Shown: positions 28,801 to 41,462 of the stretch, one piece after another
How the letters are laid out: every line of letters starts with the position of its first letter
Numbering within the stretch: the stretch's first letter is position 1
Source: Trichoplax sp. H2
Lineage: Eukaryota
NCBI GenBank assembly: GCA_003344405.1
Contig: NOWV01000012.1
Span: forward strand, 372,001-436,000
Direction of reading: 5' to 3'
Length of the DNA stretch: 64,000 nt
Made by a program: the position numbers and the translations under genes
The notes under the pieces: model-generated
The model's input: only the letters and a program-made list of their open reading frames with translations
The model's database searches: none
What the model was told of the DNA's origin: nothing

Positions 28801-29529
28801 CGCTTTTATATGCAGTTTATGCGATGGTGCAATGCAGCGATATACTGTATTGTTGTTGATTTGTTATAACTGCCTGCGTTAATTTCTGTATTCAGCTTTG
28901 AGATATAGTCTGTATCATTCTTATAAATAGTAGAAGATAATTTATTACATGACTGCATTGGCTGTCACAAATTGCTATGCTAATACGGTATTTTGATGGA
29001 GAAATGACGTCATTATTTGGCGATATGTTAACGAGTAGACTTCAAGCTTGCCTGACGATACTGATACCTACACACTTCATCAGTAAGTAACATCAAGTCA
29101 TGGACAACTAGAAGAAGGCCTTTTCTTCCACTGTAGTTGTCCATACATTTAGTAAATCATCAAGCGCTTCAACTACAAGTTCATTTTAAACGTAATGTGG
29201 ATACGTAGTAGTGAACTGGATTGAATTATGAGATAGGCAAGTAAACATGTTTAAATTGGTGCACCATTTAAGAAATACTCGACTACGTTTATGGATGATG
29301 GATAGTGGTTGATTACTAAAGTGCTCAGATAAGCACTGAAGTGAAAAAAAATGAGCAGTGTACAATCCATAGTATTGTGTCATAATAAAAGTGTTATATT
29401 CTGCAGTGGCACAACATCACAACGCGCCAATAAGTTACTGACTGATACAGTGCAAAATTAGTAGTAACTATATATTTATTTACTCTTGCAGAATAAACTC
29501 AATAATAATTTTATAACGCCTTGGTCATC

Positions 29530-32500
29530 ATGTTGTCGTCAACGGAAGGCGATCAAAGAATGCCATTTTATTACCAGTCACCTCATCAACATCTTCAACC
29601 GCCTGCAATGCGTCATCCCGGTTATACTGAAATAATACGGTTCCAATCTTACGATGATCATGGTATTCGCGCCGGCCGACATACAACAAATCATGGTAAT
29701 TTGCAAATTCGTCAAGATCATGGTTATCCGAATTATCCATCAGAGCAAGCACAATATTTTAATAATGCTCCACGTTTTATAAGGTAAAGGGAAAAAATAA
29801 AGTATCGATGTTCGAGCCGAACTAAGATTTATTACATGGAATGTTATACAGTAGCATATTTCAGTCACATTAATAATGTTACAACCAATTTTGCACTTGA
29901 TTCACTATCATTGAGACATTGATAAAGAATTTTAGCTGAAATACGCCAGTTTATTACGAGGAGCTTAGTGCCGTTTTCTTAAAGTATCTCAGAATGTAGT
30001 AACAAATCAGATCGAGATTTTACGTTCTACGGAACAAGTGAAGCTTTGAATGAAGAAATATTTTAGTAGAATATCAATTAATTTCTAATAAATATGAAAC
30101 TAAAATAGCGAAATAGTGTGATGGTGTTATACATACATAACACAGTATATCGTAAAGCGCCAAATACTTTGCTAGCTTGTCCTTACGTAAGGTCAACTGC
30201 TTACTGTATGCGTCAGTACCAAAATTCCTTTTCCAAGAGATTACTATTTAAAATTTGTTAAACATTGTCTACTGCTCACGGCTAGTACAAGAAGCAAGTA
30301 CAAAAGAGCTATAAACCGAGTTAATTTCATATGTTGTATTGTTTCATCATATAGACATATACTATATTCCTTTTCCAGTGGGTAATGACACATTCTCTAA
30401 ATTATCTTTCAATTACCAATGTATTTGATTATTTCGAATCTCTAACGCATAATCATACTATTAATTAAATAAGATTTAACAGTCAAAGCAATCCCTCGTT
30501 TAGAAATAATGGAAATATGAGACGCAGACATCCTACTGATGGCCATCGTGAAAGAGGACCGAGGCAAGTCTGATTTTTTTGGCGCATAACTGTGATATGT
30601 ATGGAATTAACAATTTTAGTCAGTCATCTTGCAATATACCTGTGATTGAGATGAAGCAAAAGCATAGCAAAAAACTGAATTTCAACTTAAATATATTATA
30701 GAAAGCAAAGTGCAGATAAGAGAAGTAATCAAAAATACAAGGATCAATATCTCAAAGTGGTTTGTACGATTTAATTTTTATATGGCAAATTGGTTTACTG
30801 CGATCGTATAACATGTACATAGAAATCAAGTACAGTACATTATTCGAGGATATTTTATTAGTCAATTACTATACAACTTTTTAGCTTGTGTCATGTTTGT
30901 GACTTGTAAGACTAATTACTCACTTCATGAACTTATTACATTCTGATATTGTAACTTGTAGAATCGCATGCAATCGAGTACAGGAAAAGATGGTATTCAA
31001 TCAAATCACCAACTGAAAAAAAATACAAACGAACAACAAAGGACCACATCGCCAGATAGTGGAATTGTTGAGAGGTAATTTTGTTAGACCTGCGTATTTT
31101 CGATTATAATTACAAGCCTAAGTAACTGTAACAGTTTTAAAGAATATGTGTGGATTTTTCTTGTATTTTTAGATGCAGTCCAACATATGATCAAACCAGC
31201 TCCAAATCAGAGCAATGTGATAGTAGTACTAACACAGAACGCCTATTTATTAATGATGCGACTTCACAAGCTGTAACGATGAAGGCAGTCTCTTTGGGGG
31301 ATCGTGATAAAATTGTCAGGCATACTGATGTGGAATGCATAAATTCTGATCAGTTTTACGATGGTAATCATAAAGATAATGATAAAGTACCTGTTGAAAC
31401 TATACATAAAAGTTCAAATATCAACTATAAAATGCACGTAACCCCATCGAATACAGACGATTTACTGGATGCCGTTTCTGTTCAACTGAAAGATGCAGAA
31501 CACACATTTAATGATAAAAATGTAGCACCTCAGATAATGTGTGGGTGTGAATCGTTGGAGGACGTTAAAAATCACGCCGCATCTAGGGTATATCTTGCTG
31601 ATGCTGACAAGATAGTTACTAATAAAGATCAAAATATAGAACACGTTGGTGTCAGTACAGAGCGTGATTGTGACAAATCTGAAAAGGAAAATATGAACTT
31701 AGATAACAACAAACAGGACCTAAACGAATGCATCCAAGACTCAGTCAAGAAAATTAAGAAGAATATTAACAAGAAAATTCGAAATCCAGAAACACATCAG
31801 CTTTATTGTAACTGGTGCTTCTGGTACGATTGCCCCTCAAGGGGCAATGTTAAGCCTGTCAAACAAGATTCCACATCTTATCAAGATTCGTTAAACATTA
31901 TAAATGTTATTACTACGGTAAAAATTTTATTTGCATGATAATCATCTTTTATGCTAGAGTTTCCTTTCGGTAGTCATCTCTAGTCCATACAGTGCTATGC
32001 ATTGCAATCTAATACCATTTGATCAAATATAATCTTCAGGTTGAAAACTTTTGGAGTACCATACATCATTTGAAACCTCCAAGTATACTCTCAGAACGAT
32101 CGAACTATCACTTTTTTAAAGTCTGTAAATTTTTTATTTCGCTGCTTGACTTACACGAGTATTGCTATTTTTGCGATGCAGCTTTTATTCAATAAGATTT
32201 TCGTATATTTATACAGAAAGGTATAAAGCCAATGTGGGAAGATAAAGCTAATCAGGATGTGAGTTTACCTTCGTAATATTTGTATTTTAAGATATATCTC
32301 AATGTTACTCTTCCTGCTAATTTAGGGAGGAAAATGGGTAATGACTATTGGACAATCACATCCGGACCTAGTAAACAATCTATGGAATGAATTGGTACTT
32401 ATTAATAAGCTTTAAACAGTCCAATTGCAAATGTATAAATTAATTATTGGAATGTTAAACTTTGATTGCCAAATTTAATAGTTAATGGCCCTTGTTGGTG

Positions 32501-33305
32501 GACACTTTGAATACAATGATGAAATTTGTGGTGCGGGTACGTTTTATGTACTCATTATTTAGTATCGCATTCTTCTTTATAATAATACTTTTGTTTCCAT
32601 TAACGCAGTACTTTCTCGACGAAGAGAAGATAAGATTGCTTTATGGACTAAACGAAGCGGTGCCGATACAATTAATCTTTTGATAGGGTAAAATTTTTAA
32701 GGAACTATTTAGTATTGATTACAGATTAATATTAAATGAACTATCACGAGTTTTGTTATTACAGTGACCAGGGTTAACAGTTTTCTTTAATTAATTTTAT
32801 AGTATATTTTACACTTAACTAACACAGTTTAGCTCAAATTAGACGTAGTTAGTTGAAGTTGACTATAAGTGCATCATTAGGCACACACGGCATTATCGAA
32901 TTTTAATCGCTAAGCTTACAGAGAGAATTCGTTATTAGTTCAACTACAAAATAGGGCATGTGAATTTTATTGAAAGAATTTACGATATTTTTTAATATAG
33001 GAAGCAGTTCGTTAAAACTTTAGCTTACGCAACGGGACTTGAGAAGATGATGGAATCGTTTTTGTGCGAATTGTCAGGTGGATTTTTACGTGATATTAGA
33101 ATAGATTATCTAATTCACAAAGACTCAGTAAAAACTGGAACCTCCTATATGAATCGACAGCATGCCACTAAACTTAGTATTATCGAGGTTTGTTAAAATT
33201 TACCTTTTATGAAAAGTAACTTTAGTCAACGATTTAGATGATGCATTTACTAAATTTTGTATTATCATTGATTTTTAGGGCATGAGCAAAGATTTGCGAA
33301 ATTAA
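29530..33305 (+). CDS. eIF4E-family cap-binding protein with a long N-terminal extension (~599 aa, 12 coding exons)
   Basis: Exons 29530-29783, 30474-30563, 30702-30759, 30962-31074, 31173-31917, 32040-32120, 32217-32258, 32326-32394, 32482-32536, 32609-32687, 33001-33187 and 33279-33305 join in frame (1800 nt). Core: HQLYCNWCFWYD...TVENFWS...YHFFKKGIKPMWED...GGKW...LWNELLMALVG...DEICGAVLSRRREDKIALWT...IDYLIH. The core is secure; the N-terminal exons are inferred from splice sites and frame. Confidence 0.88.
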
Positions 33306-34313
33306 CCCGACTTAATAACGATATTCTATTTATTTACATGAAATGTGTGCAACAAAATTGTAATTCTGTGTTAATGAGAGACCCACATCAACTTATAATT
33401 GTGGCGTACATAATCTCAAAATATACTAAATGTAAACTACTCGATTACCGACCCTAGAGATTGGTTAAATTAGAGTTGCAGTAAATGACTGACAACCACA
33501 AATTATTGTTATATAACGTCGATATCAATGTACCTATTATTTCGACCTTTTTAAATAATAAAAAGTTATCGTTCTTCACCATCAATTTTACTATGCTATC
33601 GAAGCTCAATTCTGCGGTCTGACGTGTTTTAATAGATTGATATCAAATCTGCACCTATACCCCTTTAAAGCCTGAAATGTAATGGACGCTACCTATTAGA
33701 TCTGTAAGACGATCATTACAAGACAGCAAAGGACAATTAATAATGATTACAGAGTGCTTTCAACTACGACAGATTTTTCGTCCTAGGTCCTTCAATTTAA
33801 TTTGCATAGTTAATGGAAGTATTCGAATCACTCTTAAAAATCAGTTAAAAAATTATTTACTACATTAAGCGCGATTGTACAAATGCATGTAAAAGCAACA
33901 AATTGCCATTAGGCAGTTGGATATAGATAGGTAAATGCATTTTGCATTGTGCACATATAAACAGAATCACGTTTAAAATATCTTTATTGAATCAATTTTA
34001 TCCAATCATTAAGTATAACAGTGCATTACAGGTTATTATGATTGGTATCCACCCTACTACATTACGCGTATGTTTAGTTATTAGATGATGTAATTCACTA
34101 CTAAGAAGTATGTTAAAATCTAATTGGTTCATAACGTACGTGAATCTTTAAAATTGTATTTTAAAACACGAAAGAATGTAACAAAATAATTGAGTAGTAT
34201 TTACTGAAGCACTAAACGATATTACAGGTTGGTCGTATAGAGTCGAAAGGTAATTTTAGTAAATATCTGAAGTTATAAATACTGTACATGTCTGAGAGTA
34301 AGCAAACTATCGC

Positions 34314-35442
34314 CTAAATAGCTAGTCCAAAAACACTGACAATACAATACATGCTTTTATTTTCCCATCTAACGGTACAACTGCCATCAGTCGAATTATC
34401 CCAGAAGCAAGAACTCGCTGTGTGAAGACCAGCACCATTCTTCTGCATAATGGCACATGTAACTATAAATTAGAAAAATTATCACCGTTAACGTGTTAAA
34501 CATTATCTGGATTGATTATAAAAAAGCAAGAAAAGAAATTTATTATAGACCACTATTAAATAGTTCAAATAAGTTTAAGTTGGTAGACTAGAGGATCCTG
34601 ACAACATGATTGTAATTGCAAAGCGTAATATTTACCAATATATTTGAAAGGCTTTCCTAGCCTAGTCAATTGATTTAAGCATTGTTCAACAATAGTGGAG
34701 GTCCACTGGTTTATTTTACTGTGTTGATAAGCATTTCCACCCAAAGTATTTTCGACACTCTGAAAGCATTTCCACGAATGATTGTCAAGTTGTTATATCA
34801 TAGACTTACGTGTAGAATACGAAATCTTTTTACAGTACGCTTGTATGTTAGTACCGTACTGTAAAGAGGAATTCTTTAACTCATCTCTGAACAAATTATC
34901 TATATTGTCTTCTTAAGAAATGATGCATAGTCATTTACGATACATTCAGGCTGTCTTTACTGACAGTCAGTTATAGCTAGTCAATATAGATTGGAAGTTT
35001 CCCTATAGACGGTACCGTATTTCGACACTTTATTACACGAATTTATACTAGCAAATAACACTCCAACAGTATGACCGTTCATCTTACCTCCTTGATGATA
35101 TTACTAACTTCATCCACGACGAAAGACGTCTACGTTAAGATTTGAAAAAATTAGAAATAGTCAAGATCGATCAATTACGGTTGAAAAAATAGAAAAAAGT
35201 AAGTTTTGATTCAATGATCGTGAACTACTCCCGACAGGAGGTAAATTCAAATTCAAATGCAGTACAGTGTTCTACTTGTAATGTGAAGTAGGACTGTCCA
35301 CCACAGGACGCTTTGACAACAGTTTGTAAAACTTTCGTAATATTAAGAATAATTCTAAATATCACCAATCAACAATCGTAGTTCAAAGTAACAACAGTCA
35401 ATTTACTGAAAGTACCTCTTCAGCAGATTGAAAATCATCCAT
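34314..35442 (-). CDS. DYNLT1: Dynein light chain Tctex-type 1 (113 aa, 4 exons; absent from the ORF track)
   Basis: Exons 35416-35442, 35088-35129, 34636-34759 and 34314-34462 give [113 protein letters not shown]. Confidence 0.97.
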
Positions 35443-35984
35443 GATTATATGTGAGTAGATACTTTTAAAAAAATTATTCTTGAGGATTTCAACAGCGAAT
35501 TTTGTCAATTTTTGAATTGCAACCTAAAGAACTTGATGTACATACAGTAGCGTAATATAACAGGTATGACCAGCGATGGTGGAGGCATCTATAGTACAGT
35601 GTATAGTACTGTACTTTTAATGGTTACAGTGGGGGGAGGGACTGTGTACCGTACTGAACATACTGTACAGTGCACACTATGACATTTGACTTTGGCGTAG
35701 GGTATGACTCTGTACAGGTGGACCTTCTCTAACTACACAGTGTAATGTACTGTGATAATTTACTGTCCGTCCATCAGTGGTAATAGAGGCTATACTGCAG
35801 CATATTAGCTCGTAGGTGAATGATACAGTAAAATAGTGCGATAGTATATTGTACTGTAGACTACAGTACTCTGTTAGCAGCTATCGCCCCTCGCAACAAC
35901 GCAACAAAACAAATACTGTATTAAGGTAAACACTGTTGTCGGGCGGAGTGCGCATGGTGTGATGCGAAACCAGCAAACTGTAGC

Positions 35985-36186
35985 CAGTCTGTACCTTAAA
36001 TGATGTCACCCCTTCACGATGGTTTGTACTGTAGACATCGACTGTGTACTGTAATAGAACATACTGTACTGTACTCTACTATACTGTAGACTTAACTTAC
36101 TGTATGTTTCTGAATCATTGGAAAGTCTGTCTGACCAACTGAAGAAAGAATGCTTCCCGGGGTGACATCATTTGAGGTAGAGACTG
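35985..36186. mobile_element. Putative non-autonomous Tc1/mariner-like MITE (202 bp, 28-bp TIRs)
   Basis: cagtctgtaccttaaatgatgtcacccc (35985-36012) and ggggtgacatcatttgaggtagagactg (36159-36186) are inverted repeats with 2 mismatches. They have CAGT...ACTG termini. The right end is followed by TA, but the left flank is GC, so the TSD is not intact. Confidence 0.55.
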
Positions 36187-37495
36187 TACAGTGTACAGTA
36201 CACTGCAGTCATGGACTACAGTACTACAGGCAGACTTGGACTGGTCAGTCATCACTCACTCAGACAGACGGATTTTGGGACTGTCTTACCAACTGAAAGA
36301 AAGGATGCTGCCAGGGGTGACATCATTTGAGGTAGAGACTGTACAGTGTACAGTGTACAGTACAGTACAGNNNNNNNNNNNNNNNNNNNNGGGTGACATC
36401 ATTTGCGGTAGAGACTGTACAGTGTACAGTACACTCGGGAGTACAGTACACTGCAGTCAGGCAGACTTGGGACTGGTCAGTCATCCCTTACTCAGACAGA
36501 CGGATTTTGGACCAAATGTGACTGTAATATCACGATGGCTTGTACTGTAAACATCGACTATGTACTGTACTGTAATAGAACATACAGTACAGTACAGTAC
36601 TGTACTGTACTATACTGTAGACTTAACTTACTGTACTGTACAGTACAGTATGTTTCTGAATCATTGGAAAGTCTGTCTGACCAACTGAAAGAAAGAAAGA
36701 ATGCTACCCGGGGTGACATCATTTGAGGTAGAGACCTGTACAGTGTACAGTACACTGCAGTCATGGACTACTACAGGCAGACTTGGACTGGTCAGTCATC
36801 ACTCACTCAGACAGACGGATTTTTGGACTGTCTTACCTACTGTAGACTTAACTTACTGTATGTTTCTGAATCATTGGAAAGTCTGTCTGATCAACTGAAA
36901 GAAAGAATGCTACCCGGGGTGACATCATTTGCGGTAGAGACTGTACAGTGTACAGTACACTCGGGAGTACAGTACACTGCAGTCAGGCAGACTTGGGACT
37001 GGTCAGTCATCCCTTACTCAGACAGACGGATTTTGGACCAAATGTGACTGTAATATCACGATGGCTTGTACTGTAGACATCGACTATGTACTGTACTACT
37101 GTACAGTATACTGTACTGTAGACTTAACTTACTGTACTGTACAGTACAGTATGTTTCTGAATCATTGGAAAGTCTGTCTGACCAACTGAAAGAAAGAAAG
37201 AATGCTACCCGGGGTGACATCATTTGAGGTAGAGACCTGTACAGTGTACAGTACACTGCAGTCATGGACTACTACAGGCAGACTTGGACTGGTCAGTCAT
37301 CACTCACTCAGACAGACGGATTTTTGGACTGTCTTACCAACTGAAAGAAAGGATGCTGCCAGGGGTGACATCATTTGAGGTAGAGACTGTACAGTGTACA
37401 GTGTACAGTACAGTACAGTACTACAGGCAGACTTGGACTGGTCCGTCATCACTCACTCAGACAGACGGATTTTTGGACCAAATGTGACCGTAATA
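36014..37495. repeat. Complex tandem array built from the MITE interior, right TIR and flank; higher-order period ~526 bp; contains a 20-N assembly gap (36371-36390)
   Basis: (g)gggtgacatcatttg(a/c)ggtagagac recurs at 36159, 36314, 36391, 36710, 36916, 37211 and 37362. Blocks starting at 36391 and 36917 are near-identical. Confidence 0.92.
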
Positions 37496-38362
37496 TCGAA
37501 AAAGTATTAGTTAGTATGGATCTTTCGTGTCTGAATCACTGGCATTAATAATTTAAATAACATCGACGATCTTATAGAAGTATTTTTCTTTTAACATTGA
37601 ATGTGATATGACTTAATTTAAAAAAATCTGTCAATTTAAAATCGATCGTCTCCATACTAAAGCACTGTCACAATCAGGTGTTTGGCGCAATATTTTAACG
37701 AGATCAGGCCAAGAGTGTCTGTCCGTCCAAGAGTGATCAATCCAGCCCAGGTCTTCTTCTTCAGGTAGTGCATGCCTACCAGTCAGAGGCTACTCCACAA
37801 AAAAGTGAGTGTAAAAATGAAAAACTCGAGTCCCTTGTCGATACTGAAACGGAAAGCTACAGCACAGTATACGTAAATATCCTTGCAGAGATGATTAGCA
37901 CAGCCGAACCTTTCTCAGGTCTATTCCAGACCAATGCAATGGACAGTAAAGCCGTAGAGCAGCACCCTTAGCAAAATCATGGAAGTCATTTTCCATTACC
38001 TCTATGGCAAAAAAAACAATACCACCATTTCGTTCTCCGTGCTTAAGCTATTATTCAGTCCGAAGTTTAGTAAGTCTATTAGAATCCAGCAGTCGTTCCG
38101 CACCAATTGCTAGTAGTGATACATCATTTTCCTTGTCAGTCAGGCATAGTCTCATACAGTTCATCGATAAACAGCTATTACACTCAGTTACAATCAGTGC
38201 CTTCCAAACTAGTAGCAGGACCCGTTGAATATCCTGCTCGTCTGATGTTCTACAGTATATCCAGGATTGAGCCCAGCTGCAAGCCGGTATAACCGGTACC
38301 GGTACTGCAGCTGAGAATACACAATCGCTATGCAGTTGCTTGATGCCCGACCATCTCATTTT

Positions 38363-41300
38363 ATGGATCCTAATTTTATAATACGTTTTTTATCAATTAC
38401 ACCTAATATTAATACAGTAGATATAGTTTTAAAAATAGCTTCAATCCCCAATAGAGATATTAAATGTAGTTTCAAGATTATAATTAATAAAGCGAGCATT
38501 TGCATACAAAATAAATATTCCAATCATATTCAAAATTTATTCCCTCAACTGACGTCATTTCAATATCAACCCGATCAATTACTCCAGCTTAATGTTGGGA
38601 AAGATGGCGAAATCCACATTAAACTCAAAGTTAATAAACTTTATCAAATTTCAAGTAATGACCAAATTTTACTAGATCCTATTCCAGATCGCTACGGTGA
38701 TCAAGAGCCCTTGATCAGTGGTTTATTTTGCAAGAACTGTATGAACAATATCATACCTGATGATAGGTGATGTTATAAAAAGAAGAAGCCTAAAAAATGT
38801 TACCAGTGCACTATGTTGAGTAGTTTATAACTAGTCTATGTTACATTTCACTCGTCATATGCCGTAATGCACTTTCAATCATACAAGAAATATTAGCCTT
38901 AAGTAAGCTACTGTAGAGTCGAAGTTAACTGATTTTAAATGTCAAATTCTTTGGAGCTTTTTTACTTAGCATACTGTACGCGTATCGCTATACCAACGAG
39001 AGAACGGCTAATTCTGATTAGTCTTGCACATTATACACGTCCAGTATCTGCTGCATACACTGTGAAATTGTCTACTTGCTGATTTATAATGATAGTCTCG
39101 GAATGTTTGCGATTCGTAGGCCCATCGCTAAAATCTTACCTCTACCATCAGAAAATTGGAGCGAGATGACAGCAATGTGGTATTGCCATCCCAGTGATAC
39201 TTCAACTCCAGCCAAATTGGTGACCAATAACCGCAACACTTGTTTAAAAAACGAAACCAGCATTTATTTAAGTGAATGCAATATAGCTCCTACTGCCGTT
39301 AAGCATCTGAATGATGAAAGCAAAGTTGTACGTAAATCTAGAAATGTAACTGCATGTAACAAACCAAAAACAGTAGTAGAAATAACAGTGGCGAATTATT
39401 GCATTATAATAGTATTTGCGCAACCATTAGCTTTTGAACAAAAGTTTTGTATATTTGTGTATACGCGTAGATACACAGACGTACATGTATTGGCTGACCT
39501 GATCTAATATGCTGTACATATAACATGTGTAGATAGAGCAGAAATGATTAGAGTACATGACAGTTTATGAAACAGACAATCACGACATTAAATCATAAAA
39601 TCAACTGTTATTGCAAATGATCAAGTCCATGATTTTAATGGGCAATGACTCAATGCTTAGATGTTACAATTGATTAGATTACATCTCTACTAGTCATAGA
39701 TGTTAAGTATATTCTCTAGCACCAGATTACAATATAACTGCTACCTAAAATAGAACAAGAATAACGATTGTCTACAGTCATTGCATTATAAATCCAAGAT
39801 TAACTTTATTATCTTTTATATAAAGCTACCTTTAATAGAAGTCCTTCAATTTTTAGCTCTCTTGTAGCAGATGCTTGACAATGATTGGTTGGCAAGGAAT
39901 TACCCGATTATTCGGTATATACTGTATATCAACTGTAAATCATATTAAGTGTTGTTACTATTATTGCAAGTAAATTAGTGAGGGTTTAACATCTTGAAAA
40001 GTGTCATATCCACAATAATGGTTTCATAAAAATATTTAGATTTGTATGTTCTAATTGCAGATGAAACATTTCTGAAATTATCCAAGGACATTTTAGTAGT
40101 AGAAAGGTGAGGAGAGTAGTAAGATACGTCGAATACTTTCGGATTTTTATCGTCAAATAGTTTTTACTTAGTCCATGCACTCAAATATACAATGCGTTAA
40201 AATAGGATAATTTGATGATGTTCCTAATATTATAGCTTTCTATTTACTAATACTCGCATTTACCTCTGTAAATTTCAGAGCTAGCCATTTTCTATGGTAT
40301 AAGCAAGTATTTCCATGGTTTAGTATTCACCTGCTTTTATAATACGACTAAGTTACAACCAAACAATTCGACAGCATCACACACCTTGTTGTAGTCTTTC
40401 TCAATTTTTACTACTATACATAATGTTTCTCACTTATGTATTTATAATTGTAACATTGTAACAATGTTTCACATGTACTAGAAAGATTATACAAGTACGG
40501 GATGGTAATATCCGGCTTAATATTTTTTCTAATAACCCGTCCTAAATTAGGAGAGTACAAACTTATTTCGCTACGTTGTTATACAAGCTTTGCAAAGAAA
40601 ATAACCACTTTCGATTTATCATAAACAAATGTAATGGATGTTCTGATACTAAGTTAATGGTAAGACTAAAGTTCTTGACAACTTTTTGCGTGCAGTAGTT
40701 CAATATATGTATTTATTGTTATGGAGAATTAATTTTAATGCTTTGTAATAATTTATACTTGCAATATGAGGCAATTCGCTATTGTTTTTATTTAATATAG
40801 ATTTGGCTTTTTAATACGGATCTTCAAATAGCCACTAATTGCAGAAATCAATTACATAACAATTTTTCTGAAACACGCCTCCATCATAATGGTAGTTGAC
40901 ATTTGAATATTAGATGGATTTATTAGCATCTGCAATTTGGCATGTGTCCTTTGAATCTCATCATTTTCAACGCATTTATTACAGCAGATTTATTTCTCTT
41001 TCCTGTAATAAAACTTTTATACATCGATTTATATGCAGCAAGTCAACCTAGGTAATTTAGACCTTGTTGAAGTTAATTATTAGTACATGTATTATCAAAC
41101 TGATGTCTATTAATCTCATTTTCTGTGCACGTATATACAGGTATGTACAACTAAACTTTATTAACTGAAAAATTTGTAGTTCTAGAAATCTTTTCCACCA
41201 ATGGTACAAAGACCCTACTGTATATACACTAGAGGCTTCCAATCATGCTTATTCCACTCTGTTACTCGCTCTTGCATTTAATAATATGATGTGGCCAACA

Positions 41301-41462
41301 TCTATGCGGTATTTTAATACTTTTAAAGTAAGGAAAGTTTCTTTGCTAAGTTTTCAGTATAGCTTGTTATTCGATTTTACACAAACGTTAACTTTTAACC
41401 ATAAATATTGAACTATTTTATATCATACGTCCTTGGTTTAGGTATCGCATCTAAGTCTATGA
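38363..41462 (+). CDS. UBE3D: E3 ubiquitin-protein ligase E3D (HECT_2 family)
   Basis: Motifs LFCKNCMNNI...KILPLPSENWSEMTAMWYCH, LSCSRCLTMIG, NNHFRFII, LMIWLFNTD, VIKLLY and WPTSMRYFNTFK|VSHLSL*. Splice phases are consistent. The start could be 38330 or 38363. Confidence 0.82.

Noticed and set aside
26269-28882. ORFs rich in YSTV/YCTV/STVL (also at 36191-37487 and 44639-45212)
   Set aside because: These are translation artefacts of TACAG/CTGTA microsatellite and tandem repeats, with no domain similarity.
36159-37495. Spliced-leader RNA gene array (TTTGAG|GTAG donor-like site followed ~100 nt later by an Sm-like ATTTTTGG)
   Set aside because: The donor-like string is part of an inverted repeat best explained as a TIR. 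Unit lengths are irregular and disrupted by microsatellite indels, and some copies read TTTGCG. I would reconsider only if this sequence is found at mRNA 5' ends.
36014-37495. CRISPR-like array of recurring 28-bp repeats
   Set aside because: The context is eukaryotic, the intervening sequences are themselves repeated rather than unique spacers, and there are no cas genes.
37768-38359. Short ORFs on both strands just upstream of UBE3D
   Set aside because: No recognisable motifs or consistent splice chain; probably promoter or 5' UTR sequence.
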